Part shown: in pieces, positions 8,179-17,505 of the stretch
Layout of the letters: each line of letters begins with the position of its first letter
How positions within the stretch are numbered: the first letter of the stretch is position 1
Assembly: GCA_035636095.1 (NCBI GenBank)
Contig: DASPZU010000066.1
Coordinates: forward strand, 16,545-80,544
Direction: 5' to 3'
DNA: 64,000 nucleotides
Source of the DNA: Thermoanaerobaculia bacterium
GTDB lineage: Bacteria; Acidobacteriota; Thermoanaerobaculia; Gp7-AA8
Program-made: the position numbers and the translations under genes
The notes under the pieces: generated by a model
The model's input: only the letters and a program-made list of their open reading frames with translations
The model's database searches: none
Told to the model about the DNA's origin: nothing

Positions 8179-9042
8179 GTGATCATGCCCACACGCTCTG
8201 TCAGCCAGCTCGTCCATGCCACCCCGCAGCTGGAGGGAGAAGGGATGCTCGTGACGCGTCCGTTTCCCACGCCGCGTCTCGACCACTTCGATCCCTTTTT
8301 GCTTCTCGACCGCATGGGACCGGTGACCCACGGCCCGGGCGAGGCGAAGGGCGCACCCGATCATCCGCATCGCGGCTTCGAGACCGTGACATACATCCTC
8401 GACGGGGCCGTCGAGCACAAGGACTCGCAGGGCAATCACGGCCGCATCGGCGCCGGTGACGTGCAGTGGATGACGGCCGGCTCGGGGGTGATTCACTCCG
8501 AGATGCCTTCCGAAGAAATCCTTCGCAGCGGCGGGCGACTGCACGGATTTCAACTGTGGGTCAACCTCCCCCGGACCGACAAGATGATGAAGCCGCGTTA
8601 TCAGGAACTGCGCTCTTCCGAGATCCCGACTGCCAAGAGCGCGGATGGCAAAGTCACCGTGACCGTGATCGCCGGTGAGTCCCTCGGCACGCAGGCAACC
8701 ATCGACACGCGGACGCCGATCATGTACCTGCACGTGCGCCTCGCCGCCGGCGGTCGCTTTACGCAAGTGATCCCTGAGGAATACAACGCGTTTGCTTTCA
8801 TCGTGAGCGGGCAGGCGGCTTTCGGCGATCGGATCGCGCGCGAGAACGACATGGTCATCTTCGGCCGCGACGGTGACGCAGTGACGATCACCACCGAGAG
8901 TGGGGCAGAAGTGCTCCTCATCGGCGGCGTTCCGCTGAATGAGCCGATCGCGCGCTATGGACCGTTTGTGATGAACACGGCAGGCGAGATCCGCCAGGCC
9001 ATGATCGACTATCAGAGCGGCCACTTCGGCGAGATCAGCTAA
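8179..9042 (+). CDS. pirin family protein
   Basis: 'HPHRGFETVTYILDGAVEHKDSQGN..MTAGSGVIHSE' cupin metal-site motifs; 287 aa. Confidence 0.85.
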   Translation: MIMPTRSVSQLVHATPQLEGEGMLVTRPFPTPRLDHFDPFLLLDRMGPVTHGPGEAKGAPDHPHRGFETVTYILDGAVEHKDSQGNHGRIGAGDVQWMTAGSGVIHSEMPSEEILRSGGRLHGFQLWVNLPRTDKMMKPRYQELRSSEIPTAKSADGKVTVTVIAGESLGTQATIDTRTPIMYLHVRLAAGGRFTQVIPEEYNAFAFIVSGQAAFGDRIARENDMVIFGRDGDAVTITTESGAEVLLIGGVPLNEPIARYGPFVMNTAGEIRQAMIDYQSGHFGEIS

Positions 9043-9998
9043 GTTGACGTTGTCACGTCGATGTACACGTCGCCGACGAACGGGGAGGCGGTGCGAAGGG
9101 CCTGATCGAGGTTGTCCATCGCGCGGGCGAGTTCCTCCACCGTCAACCGCGGCGATGGCCTGACCTTCGCCGCCACGATCACCTCTTCCGGGCCGACATA
9201 GACGGCCTGCAACGACACGATTTCCTCGACCGCGCTGTCGGACGCCACGATCTTGCGAAGCTCGGTCAGCAATTCCGGAGGAAGCGACTTCCCGACCAGA
9301 AAATCGCCGAGCGGCCGCGCCAGGCCGAAGGCAGTGATCGCCAGCAGGATGCCGATGAGCAGCGATGCGATCGCATCGGGCCGGCTGTTGCCGACGTGGC
9401 GACTGACCAGAAGGCCGGCGCCGGCGATGACCAGACCGATCAGCGCTGCGCTGTCTTCGACGACGATGGCCCGGTCGACGGGATCGCTGGATCGCAGAAG
9501 GTGAAACCAGACCGACCAGCCTCGCTCCCTGGCATTGCGTCGCGCCTGCACCACGCTCTGCAGCCATGATGTGCCGTCGGCGAGGAATGCGATTCCGAGG
9601 ACGATCCAGGCAGGTGTTGTGTTGGCGATCTTTTCGGCGTGCGTCAACTGCCCAATGGCAAGGGCGATGGAGAAGCAGCCTCCCACCAGGAACGACGCGA
9701 TGGCCGCCATGAATGCCCATAGAAATCGTTCGCGTCCGTGGCCGAGTGGATGGAGATCGTCGGGGGGAACCGCGGCGCGGCGCAGCGAGATGCCGAGAAG
9801 CACTTCATTGGACGAATCCGCCAGCGAATGGGCCGCTTCCGCCAGCAAGGCCGTCGATCCGGACAGGAGACCGCTGACCAGTTTCGCAATGGCGATGACC
9901 ACGTTCGCCACCAACGCGATGATGATGGTCCGCCAACCCTCGCTGCGCTCGATCTTCAGAAGCGCGGCCCGCGAACGCCGATACGGTGGGCTTAACAT
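9039..9998 (-). CDS. cation diffusion facilitator (CDF) family transporter
   Basis: 'AEAAHSLADSSNEVLL' TM2 metal-site motif, about six TM helices and a C-terminal cytoplasmic domain. Confidence 0.8.
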   Translation of the reverse strand: MLSPPYRRSRAALLKIERSEGWRTIIIALVANVVIAIAKLVSGLLSGSTALLAEAAHSLADSSNEVLLGISLRRAAVPPDDLHPLGHGRERFLWAFMAAIASFLVGGCFSIALAIGQLTHAEKIANTTPAWIVLGIAFLADGTSWLQSVVQARRNARERGWSVWFHLLRSSDPVDRAIVVEDSAALIGLVIAGAGLLVSRHVGNSRPDAIASLLIGILLAITAFGLARPLGDFLVGKSLPPELLTELRKIVASDSAVEEIVSLQAVYVGPEEVIVAAKVRPSPRLTVEELARAMDNLDQALRTASPFVGDVYIDVTTST

Positions 9999-10043
9999 CC
10001 GGTGACCGCTATTCGATCACGAGATCAGGAGTACGATCGAAAT

Positions 10044-10826
10044 ATGACACGAACAGCTCTTGCGTATCTCTTTCTGATCGCAACCCCGCTGGCCGGCGAC
10101 TCTTTGTCGGATCTCCGGACGGTTCTTCTGCGATATCCGGCGAATGCGCCCTTCGCCGTGTCGGCTTCGGTGGAAGTGAATTCTGACTCGCAGGGCACAG
10201 CGGGCGCACGGAGCGGCGCGACGAATTTTGAAGTTGAATTCGGTCCGGCCGGGCTCCTCATTCGTGTTCCACCCTCCGCCCTCGGCGCCGCAGAAACTGA
10301 AGCGGAGGAGAAGAAGCGCAATCCGGAGAACCGCACGCCCACCCGGACCGCGATGGTGGCGCTGACGATCTTCGATATCATCGATGCGCTCGATTCGGCT
10401 TCGATGTTGCTCGGCGATCTCGATCAGTCATCTTTAGTCAGCCAGTCGCCGTCGATGCACAATGGGAAGGCCGCCACGCTAATGCGGATCAAAGTCAAGC
10501 CGACGCTCGCGGGCACGAGCAGATTTGTCAAAGAACCGAAGATCGAGCTTCGGGTGTGGGTCGACTCGAACGGCATCCCGGTAGCCGCGGAGCGCGACTC
10601 GAACTACTCCGCGTCATTTGTCGTGGTGAGCGCCTCGAACGTGAGGAAAGAGCATTGGGAGTTCGCGGTCTCCGGCGATCGGCTGTACGCAGCTCGCGGC
10701 GACGAGGAGAACCGCGCCTCTGCGGTCGGCAAGAGCATCGTCAGCTCGCGCTCATTGACGTACGTTCCCAAAGCCCCGATTGCGCTACTCGGGGTGGTTC
10801 TCGAATCTGGCGGCGAACAACCCTAA
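10044..10826 (+). CDS. hypothetical secreted protein
   Basis: ATG 10044 gives the signal-like N-terminus 'MTRTALAYLFLIATPLAG'. I recognised no family motif. Confidence 0.5.
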   Translation: MTRTALAYLFLIATPLAGDSLSDLRTVLLRYPANAPFAVSASVEVNSDSQGTAGARSGATNFEVEFGPAGLLIRVPPSALGAAETEAEEKKRNPENRTPTRTAMVALTIFDIIDALDSASMLLGDLDQSSLVSQSPSMHNGKAATLMRIKVKPTLAGTSRFVKEPKIELRVWVDSNGIPVAAERDSNYSASFVVVSASNVRKEHWEFAVSGDRLYAARGDEENRASAVGKSIVSSRSLTYVPKAPIALLGVVLESGGEQP

Positions 10827-11669
10827 CATCGCGCTGCAGGCGGCCCCGTGGTGTTTCTGCGGATGATCGATGAGGCAAATGTCGCGACGCGGCAGCGTCA
10901 GTCCAACTTCGAGCGGAATCAAACGGCCTGACGCGAGCTCCTCCTCGACGGTCAACCTCGACACGATCGAGATTCCGAGGCCGGCTGTCACCGCGCGCTT
11001 CACCGCGTCCGGGCCGTCGAAAACCATGGTGCGCGCAGGTGTGATCCGGTGCCGATGCAGCCAGGCGTCGAGCTCCCGGCGGGTCGTCGATCCTTCCTCT
11101 CGCAAAATCCAGCAATGATCGGCGAGAGCACGGCGGACGCCGTGCGATGCTGTCGCTGGGGCGCCGATGGCCACCAGCGCATCGCGCGCCAGCGGCTTCG
11201 TCCGCAGTTCGCTGGTGGGAGAGCGGCCGGCGATCACCGCCATGTCGAGATCGTTGCGGATGACGCGATCGACAATCGCGTCGAGCGGCGCGATTTGAAA
11301 TTGCAGATCGAATGTCGGATGCGCTTCGCGATACTCGGTCAGGACCGCCGGCAATAGATACAGCCCCGGCGAGGCAGTGGCGCCGAGCCGGATCCGTCCG
11401 ACCGCCCCGCTGGTGACCTCGTGCATCCGTTCGCGAGCGCGATCGACTGCCGCCAGAACGCGCCGCGCCTCCTCCAGCATCACCTCGCCGGCGACGGTGA
11501 GCGACACTCGCCGAGGCGCGCGGTTGAACAGTTTCGCTCCGACGTCGGCCTCGAGTTGCGCGATTTGATGTGAGACTGCCGGCTGGGAAAGATTGCAGGC
11601 ATTTGCCGCGCGTGCGAAGTGGCGAAGCTCGGCTACGGCGACGAAGGTTCTGAGGTGGACGGGATTCAT
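10785..11669 (-). CDS. LysR family transcriptional regulator
   Basis: N-terminal HTH 'LRTFVAVAELRHFARAANACNLSQPAVSHQIAQLE'; 294 aa; divergent from the 11744 gene. Confidence 0.85.
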   Translation of the reverse strand: MNPVHLRTFVAVAELRHFARAANACNLSQPAVSHQIAQLEADVGAKLFNRAPRRVSLTVAGEVMLEEARRVLAAVDRARERMHEVTSGAVGRIRLGATASPGLYLLPAVLTEYREAHPTFDLQFQIAPLDAIVDRVIRNDLDMAVIAGRSPTSELRTKPLARDALVAIGAPATASHGVRRALADHCWILREEGSTTRRELDAWLHRHRITPARTMVFDGPDAVKRAVTAGLGISIVSRLTVEEELASGRLIPLEVGLTLPRRDICLIDHPQKHHGAACSAMLGLFAARFENHPE

Positions 11670-11670
11670 C

Positions 11671-11687
11671 GATAAAGAACCTTTATC
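11671..11687. promoter_or_regulatory. LysR-type T-N11-A box (perfect 7-3-7 palindrome)
   Basis: GATAAAG-AAC-CTTTATC lies immediately upstream of the LysR start, in the 74-bp divergent intergenic region. Confidence 0.45.
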
Positions 11688-11743
11688 ACGGCGATTCTAT
11701 CATTTCATTTGACGAATCGATTCGGAGTCCCTACGTTGGAATC

Positions 11744-12559
11744 ATGTCAGCGGAAGACGCCATCTCCGTCGCGGTGGTGGGCGGCGGATTCCTCTTCTTC
11801 ACGGCGTGGGAGGCGATTGCGCCGCTTCGGCGGACGCTGGAGCCGAAGCTGCGCCACGTCATTCGGAATCTCACCGTCGGCGGCGTCTCACTCGCGATCC
11901 TCACGCTGATCCAGGCGCCGATCCTCGTCCCGGTTGCGGCATGGGCGACGCGTCATCGCATTGGTCTGCTCACTCGAATTGCGCTTCCTGCGCCGCTCGA
12001 CACGATCGCCGCCATCATTCTTCTCGATTACACGCTGTGGTGGTGGCATCGGGCCTCTCACCAGGTCCCTTTTCTGTGGAGATTTCATCTCCCGCACCAC
12101 GTCGATCTCGATCTCGACGCGTCGACCGCTTTGCGATTTCACTTTGGTGAGCTCACGCTTTCGATCGCTTACCGTTCGCTGCAGATCGTGCTGATTGGGA
12201 CCACCGTTTTTCAGCTTTGGCTGTGGCAGACGATCCTTTTCGCATCGATTCTCTTTCATCACTCCAACGCGCGACTCCCAATCCCATTCGAGCGCGTCCT
12301 GGTGTACTTCATCGCGACGCCGCGCATGCACGGGATCCATCATTCGGACCGACTCAATGAAACGAACAGCAACTGGGCCAGCCTGCTGTCGATCTGGGAC
12401 TTCATCCATCGCACCATCGTTCTCGACGTTCCGCAGGCCGAGATCACCATCGGCGTGCCCGCCTATCAGGATGCCGCCGACGTTACGATCGGGAAGGTCC
12501 TTGCGCTGCCCTTCAAACGACAGCGCAGCGATTGGCAGCGCGTAGAGGTAGTTCAATGA
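11744..12559 (+). CDS. sterol desaturase / fatty acid hydroxylase family protein
   Basis: His boxes 'HRASH', 'HLPHH' and 'HGIHH'; multiple TM helices. Confidence 0.8.
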   Translation: MSAEDAISVAVVGGGFLFFTAWEAIAPLRRTLEPKLRHVIRNLTVGGVSLAILTLIQAPILVPVAAWATRHRIGLLTRIALPAPLDTIAAIILLDYTLWWWHRASHQVPFLWRFHLPHHVDLDLDASTALRFHFGELTLSIAYRSLQIVLIGTTVFQLWLWQTILFASILFHHSNARLPIPFERVLVYFIATPRMHGIHHSDRLNETNSNWASLLSIWDFIHRTIVLDVPQAEITIGVPAYQDAADVTIGKVLALPFKRQRSDWQRVEVVQ

Positions 12560-13611
12560 TCGCATTCGCTCTTGCAGTCCTGCTGATGACGCCCGCTGAG
12601 GTTTTGTGGGAGTACAAGACCGGCGGGTGAGTCTTCGCGACGCCCACGGTCGTGGGCGACGTCATCTACGTCGGCGCCTGCTCGGGCGTCTTCTCGGCCA
12701 TCGATCGATCCAACGGCAAGCCGGTCTGGCTGTATGACGTCGCGGGCGACGGAGACGCCCGCGAGTTTCACGGGAATCCGGTTGCGACGAAAGATCGCGT
12801 ATTTATTCCTACCGATGGCGGCCAGATCGGGCACATCTACGCATTCGATCGCGTGACGGGCGATGTCGCCTGGAAGTATGCACATCATGGAAACGGCAAC
12901 AGCGGCTTCACGAGCGACCTCCTGCTTGACGGAGATCGCGTCGTCGGCGTGACCGTCGATGAACGCATCGTCAGCTTGAACGCCGCTTCCGGCGCCGAGC
13001 TGTGGAGCTTTCCGATCGAGGCCAGGCGCAGGCGTGTCGGGATGTCGGCTGCCCTCGCGAATGGACGCGTATTTTTTGGATCGAGTAACGACGCTGTCTA
13101 CGCGATCGATTCGCAGAATGGCAAACAGCTCTGGAAGACGCAGCTCGACGCCCCGGCATCCACAGCCGTGGCGGTCGTAGGCGACGCGATTATCGCCGGC
13201 ACGCAAGGCAAGAAACTGTATCGGTTGAGGCAGTCGGATGGTCGCGCGCTTTCGACGCTGGATCTCGATGTCGTCCCGGAGGACACTCCCGTGGCCGGTA
13301 ACCGCGGGGTGTATGTCATGAGTGAAAAGAAGGTCATGCTGGTTGATCCGAAGCTAAGGCGCGTGCTGTGGCATGCCGACTCAAAAAGCAAATGGACTTC
13401 TCCTCGCCCTAGACTCTGGCACGGATGGGTAATCGTTGGAGATCGCGACGGGACGCTGTTTGCCCTCAATGAAGCGACCGGCGACGTCGCGTGGTCACAA
13501 ACCATTCACGACAAGCCGATCCGCGGGATCGGCTCGGACGATTCGACGCTCTACGTCGGAACAATCGATGGACAGGTCATTGCGCTTCGACCTGCTGCGG
13601 TAGGCAAATGA
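12556..13611 (+). CDS. PQQ-like beta-propeller repeat protein with one in-frame TGA (12628-12630) after codon 24
   Basis: ATG 12556 (ATGA overlap with the upstream stop) opens 'MIAFALAVLLMTPAEVLWEYKTGG*VFATPTVVGDVIYVGA..'. This is in the same frame as ORF 12652-13611. The segment spanning the TGA fits the blade motif repeated through the protein (..LW.Y....P.V.GD..YVG..). Confidence 0.6.
12637..12662 (+). other. GGUC-tetraloop hairpin 10 nt downstream of TGA 12628 (SECIS-like candidate)
   Basis: CGCCCAC (12641-12647) pairs with GTGGGCG (12652-12658). The loop is GGTC (12648-12651). The stem is extended by G12639-C12660, C12638-G12661 and G12637-U12662 across an A-A mismatch. Confidence 0.4.
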
Positions 13612-13620
13612 GTGACCGAA

Positions 13621-15774
13621 TCACCCGCGCCAGATCCAGCGCAACTTCATCACCAATTGGTCCGACCGCGGTGCGAAACGCGATGGGTCGTCGAGAAGCC
13701 CGTGTTGCCAGCCGCGATTCCAAACGATAAAGAGGTCAGCCTCTGGCCGAATGGTCCAGCGCAGCCGATTGTTGATGCCGACCTGCCGTGACTCGGTGTC
13801 GTACTGCGCGTAGCTGGACACGATCAGGTTCGGCGAGAACGCGTACACGACTTTCGTTTGCAGAAGTCGCTGAGTGAAATTGCCGAACGGCAGACGACCG
13901 AAATCATTTTCCGCGTCGAATTCGAGCTGAAGGTGACCTGCCCGCTCCGTCCATGTCACGAAGCTCGAGACCTGCGTCAGCCGGCCGTCGAAGAAGGTGC
14001 CCAACCAGACCGTGGTACCGACGCGGATCGGGCGTGCCGGCGACGATTGCCCTTCAACGCGGAAGCGGTCGAAGCGGTAGGCGCCCACCGGAATCGTGAC
14101 CGAGTCGGTAATCGCGAATGGCCGACTGAGCCGCTGGAACTCGGGCGCGTAGTTCGCCTCGAGGTGGACGCCACCATTGCTCTCCACGTTAAAGGGAGCG
14201 GTGAAGACGCGCCACGTCAACGTCCGGCCGTCGAGGTCTTTGACCATGCGCGGTTGCAATTCAAAGAAGAACTGCTGAATCCACGATTGCTTCGGACGCG
14301 GCTGGTAGGCGCTGTAGAAGTTGTACTGCCGCGTGCCGGGGCGGGGAAGAAAACCGAGCGTGGGCTCGAGCGCATCGCCGAAGTTCTTTACGGATGCGTT
14401 GACGTCCCAGAGATCGTTCGGGTAGTCGATTGCGACGCCCCATCCACGATTTTGCCCGTGTAATCCCGTGCTGTGACTCGTGGCCAGCCACGCGCCGGCA
14501 GCAAAATTCTTGTCGCCGGCGAGAGTGGACGTGCGCCAGATGGCATCGACGCCGCCCAGACGGTTGTGAGTTTGGAATTCCGGATCGCCGGCGGTGAGCA
14601 GCGTGCCGATTCGCAGATGATCGGTTGCGTCGTAGGTGAAGCGGCCTGCGAACAGATTCCGACCGGAGACGCCGTGCGCGCTCCCAGTTTGTGCATCGAG
14701 CGCGGCGATGCCCCATTTTCCGGCGCGGCCGAGGACCTTCAGGCCGGCATGGAGCGGGACGATGCTTCCCTCCACTAGTCCGACTTTCCGGGAGTAGAAC
14801 GGCACGAAATCGCTGCCGAGGTTGAGGCCAAAGTTAAATTGGTTGGATCCTTCCAGGAAAAACGCGCGTTTCTCGGGAAAGAAAAGCGGAAACTGGGTGA
14901 GGTTGATCTGTCGCGTGTCGACTTCCGTTTCGGCAAAATCGGTGTTGATCGTGACCATGCCGCCGAGCTGCGGCGTTGCGTTGTAGCCGAGGTCGAAACC
15001 GGTGCGGCCGGAGACGGCGCGATCGCGCGTGATGAAGTCGCTCGTCCGCTGGGCAAGTGTGTTGATGTTCGTCGTGATGCCGTGGCCCCGCTCGAATCGC
15101 GGGACCTCCAGCAGGCCAGCGCGACGGAGATCGATGAAGGCAGCGTCGAGGGTCGTTCCGCTCCAGCGGAGGCGTTGCCTTTCCCTGGGCACGTACCGCT
15201 GGGCATTGAAGCCCCAGGCGTTGCGGTTCGGATCGAAGCGAAGGGTGTTGATGGGGATGACGATTTCGGCGCTCCACCCTTCCGATGTTCGCGCGCCGCG
15301 CGCGTCCCACACTCCGTCCCAATCAAGAGGAACATCGTCGGGGGTGGCAATGAGACCGTCGGCACGCGCGCCGGCACTGTTGATCTGGAAGTAGTAGCCG
15401 CTACGTTGGTCGCCGAAGGTGTCGAGGACGATGGCCACGGTATCGTCTCCTGACATGTCGCCGTCGCGCTGCATGGTGTGGACCGCAATCCGTTGCGGAT
15501 CGGGGTCCTGGCACGAGAATCCGAAATAGAGGTGCGTGCGATCGGTGACGACGCGCAGTGTCGTCCGATAGGGCGACGGAGCGCCAGGATGCGGGCTCTG
15601 TTGCGTGAGGATCACCGCCTCCGCCGTCGCCCACGCCGGTTCGTCGAGACGGCCGTCGAGATGAATCGCACTGTCGGTTGTCGCCTGTCGAATCGGAGGC
15701 TGCTGCTCGGCCAGGCAAACGCTGGCGATCGCGGCAATCGTTGCCGTCAGAAGCGGCTTCGATGTGACGACCAC
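13621..15774 (-). CDS. CBM9-like / DUF5916 domain protein (secreted or outer membrane)
   Basis: Signal peptide, then 'IHLDGRLDEPAWATAEAV..HLYFGFSC.D' (CBM9-like region), followed by a long beta-rich region; 717 aa. Confidence 0.65.
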   Translation of the reverse strand: MVVTSKPLLTATIAAIASVCLAEQQPPIRQATTDSAIHLDGRLDEPAWATAEAVILTQQSPHPGAPSPYRTTLRVVTDRTHLYFGFSCQDPDPQRIAVHTMQRDGDMSGDDTVAIVLDTFGDQRSGYYFQINSAGARADGLIATPDDVPLDWDGVWDARGARTSEGWSAEIVIPINTLRFDPNRNAWGFNAQRYVPRERQRLRWSGTTLDAAFIDLRRAGLLEVPRFERGHGITTNINTLAQRTSDFITRDRAVSGRTGFDLGYNATPQLGGMVTINTDFAETEVDTRQINLTQFPLFFPEKRAFFLEGSNQFNFGLNLGSDFVPFYSRKVGLVEGSIVPLHAGLKVLGRAGKWGIAALDAQTGSAHGVSGRNLFAGRFTYDATDHLRIGTLLTAGDPEFQTHNRLGGVDAIWRTSTLAGDKNFAAGAWLATSHSTGLHGQNRGWGVAIDYPNDLWDVNASVKNFGDALEPTLGFLPRPGTRQYNFYSAYQPRPKQSWIQQFFFELQPRMVKDLDGRTLTWRVFTAPFNVESNGGVHLEANYAPEFQRLSRPFAITDSVTIPVGAYRFDRFRVEGQSSPARPIRVGTTVWLGTFFDGRLTQVSSFVTWTERAGHLQLEFDAENDFGRLPFGNFTQRLLQTKVVYAFSPNLIVSSYAQYDTESRQVGINNRLRWTIRPEADLFIVWNRGWQHGLLDDPSRFAPRSDQLVMKLRWIWRG

Positions 15775-15816
15775 TGAGGCTGAATATACCGGTACTCGGG
15801 TTCGAGTTCGATCAGG

Positions 15817-16242
15817 CTATGGACGACGGGAACGGATCTGATCGACGAGCGAAATTACATGCTTGCGGATGGCCGCGGCTGATTGCGGGAGGCCGTCATC
15901 GACCAGTGGCACGTCATCCCATGTTTCGACGGCGGTTCCTCGAGTATCGACCTTGGTCAGATCGCAACCGACGGCGATGACTTTCGAGGCGCTGCGCAAG
16001 TCGGCGCGACTGACTGGCCTTGGTTTGAACGAACGAACGTGAAAGCCGTCTTTTGCGAGGAAGTCGGCGATGGGAGTCGGCACACTCCGGTAAGGGTCTT
16101 CGGCAGCAACCGCCACCGCCGTGAACGGCAGATTCTTCTCGGCGGCCATCCGGTTGAAATACGACGCAGCGATCAGACTCTTGGCGCCGCCATGCGGGCA
16201 CATGAAAAGAACAGTCTGATGTTGCGGGCGATGGCAGCACAT
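15817..16242 (-). CDS. low-molecular-weight phosphatase (LMWPc / ArsC-like) family protein
   Basis: The 'VLFMCPHGGAKSLIA' P-loop resembles C-X5-R-S but has Lys in place of Arg. The start is uncertain (ATG 16242 versus the longer ORF to 16326, which overlaps the upstream gene). Confidence 0.55.
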   Translation of the reverse strand: MCCHRPQHQTVLFMCPHGGAKSLIAASYFNRMAAEKNLPFTAVAVAAEDPYRSVPTPIADFLAKDGFHVRSFKPRPVSRADLRSASKVIAVGCDLTKVDTRGTAVETWDDVPLVDDGLPQSAAAIRKHVISLVDQIRSRRP

Positions 16243-16291
16243 CAATAGGAGAATGGCCACGACTGTCCGGGCGCAATCGTTCACCGGCCGA

Positions 16292-16792
16292 CTAGTCGAG
16301 CTTCTCAGTCGCAGTGCGCGTCTCATGGTCTTTCATCAGGGTCACCGTGGCGAGTGGGTGCGAGTCCTTCTCTTCCGGCACGACACTGACTGCGCGAAAG
16401 CCTTTGTGCGTCTTCTGCGCGTCGCGCACCGCCTGGCGCAACGACTTCTTCGCGTGAGCCATGGCTGCCGACTGCGCCTTCGCCGCAGTCAGGTCATCGC
16501 CACTGGTGATCTCTTCGGTCTTGGCGATTTTTCCCGATGTATGGTCGACGACGACTTCGTAGAACTTGCTCGCCTTCTCGGTATAGACGGAGAGCTGCAG
16601 CTTTCCATCCTCGAGCTCGAATTTGCCGGAGATCGGTTTTCCTTCGCGCTCACTTGCCTTCAGCCCGGCATCCAGAGACGCCTTGGTGTGCTTCACGGCG
16701 TCGCCGAGTTTGGCGTCGACCTGCGCGTGGCCAGACGGAATCAATGATACGAATGCAAACAGCGAAAGAGCAGCCATACGAATTCTCTTCAT
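16292..16792 (-). CDS. PepSY domain-containing secreted protein
   Basis: Signal peptide 'MKRIRMAALSLFAFVSLIPSGHA' and two PepSY-like modules ('GKFELEDGKLQLSVY', 'AVSVVPEEKDSHPLATVTL'). Confidence 0.65.
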   Translation of the reverse strand: MKRIRMAALSLFAFVSLIPSGHAQVDAKLGDAVKHTKASLDAGLKASEREGKPISGKFELEDGKLQLSVYTEKASKFYEVVVDHTSGKIAKTEEITSGDDLTAAKAQSAAMAHAKKSLRQAVRDAQKTHKGFRAVSVVPEEKDSHPLATVTLMKDHETRTATEKLD

Positions 16793-16817
16793 GCATCCTC
16801 CAAAAGTTTTGGGACGG

Positions 16818-17441
16818 TTAAGGTGCCACGGTGAAATCGTCGAACTCGATCACCGAGTCGGCCTTGGTCCAAAGACCGACTCGGCCAGACTGGAAAGTGT
16901 CGTCGCGCGCATCGAGCACTTTTTCTCCGTCGAACCAGACCATGAAATGATTCCCTCGCGCCTCCATCTTTAGTGTGTGCCACACATTCGTGGCCACTTT
17001 CACGTTGTGGTTCTGAAACGCCCTCCGGCTGCCGTTGATCGTGTGATAGATGGTGCAGTTGTCCTCGTCCGCGTTGCAGCGGGTGATGTAGTAATTGTTG
17101 ACATCGCGGTAGCGCCAGACGAGTCCAAAGCCCTGGTCGACTTCGCCAGCCAGCGGGCGCGCGCGAACGCTCAACGTCACGTCTCGGAGTGACTCGTTCT
17201 TCAGGATCGCGACAGGAAATCGGTAGTCCGTTCTGTCTGCGCTCGATTGCAAGAGGACATGATTCTTTTCGTTGCCGCGCTCGGTGGCCACGGTCCATTT
17301 GCCTTCCGGACCATTTCCCGTGCGAGCGAATTCGAAATCGGGCGGTGGCGCGCCGACGCGATCACTCTCGAATGTGAACGTGCGGGTCTGCAGGGTAGCA
17401 GCAAGGCTGAAAACGATTGGGAGGAAACTCTTGATGTGCAT
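16818..17441 (-). CDS. DUF1080 (LamG-fold, 3-keto-disaccharide hydrolase-like) secreted protein
   Basis: Signal peptide, then 'GKW..' through 'WHTLKMEARGNHFMVWFDGEKVLDARDDTFQSGRVGLW', which is typical of DUF1080. Confidence 0.6.
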   Translation of the reverse strand: MHIKSFLPIVFSLAATLQTRTFTFESDRVGAPPPDFEFARTGNGPEGKWTVATERGNEKNHVLLQSSADRTDYRFPVAILKNESLRDVTLSVRARPLAGEVDQGFGLVWRYRDVNNYYITRCNADEDNCTIYHTINGSRRAFQNHNVKVATNVWHTLKMEARGNHFMVWFDGEKVLDARDDTFQSGRVGLWTKADSVIEFDDFTVAP

Positions 17442-17464
17442 ACACTTCCTCCAAAGCGCGCAAG

Positions 17465-17494
17465 TGTATCACCGGCATATATGTTGCTGATACA
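17465..17494. promoter_or_regulatory. 30-bp nested palindrome in divergent promoter region (candidate operator)
   Basis: TGTATCA-ccgg-CATATATG-ttgc-TGATACA. The outer 7-bp arms and the inner 8-bp core are both self-complementary. It lies between the start at 17441 (minus strand) and the start at 17506 (plus strand). Confidence 0.35.
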
Positions 17495-17505
17495 GTTGCT
17501 CCTTC

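Noticed and set aside
7975-9720. 581-aa ORF spanning the pirin and CDF genes on the opposite or an alternative frame
   Set aside because: It has a low-complexity Arg/Pro/Gly composition and overlaps two confidently identified genes. It is a high-GC artefact.
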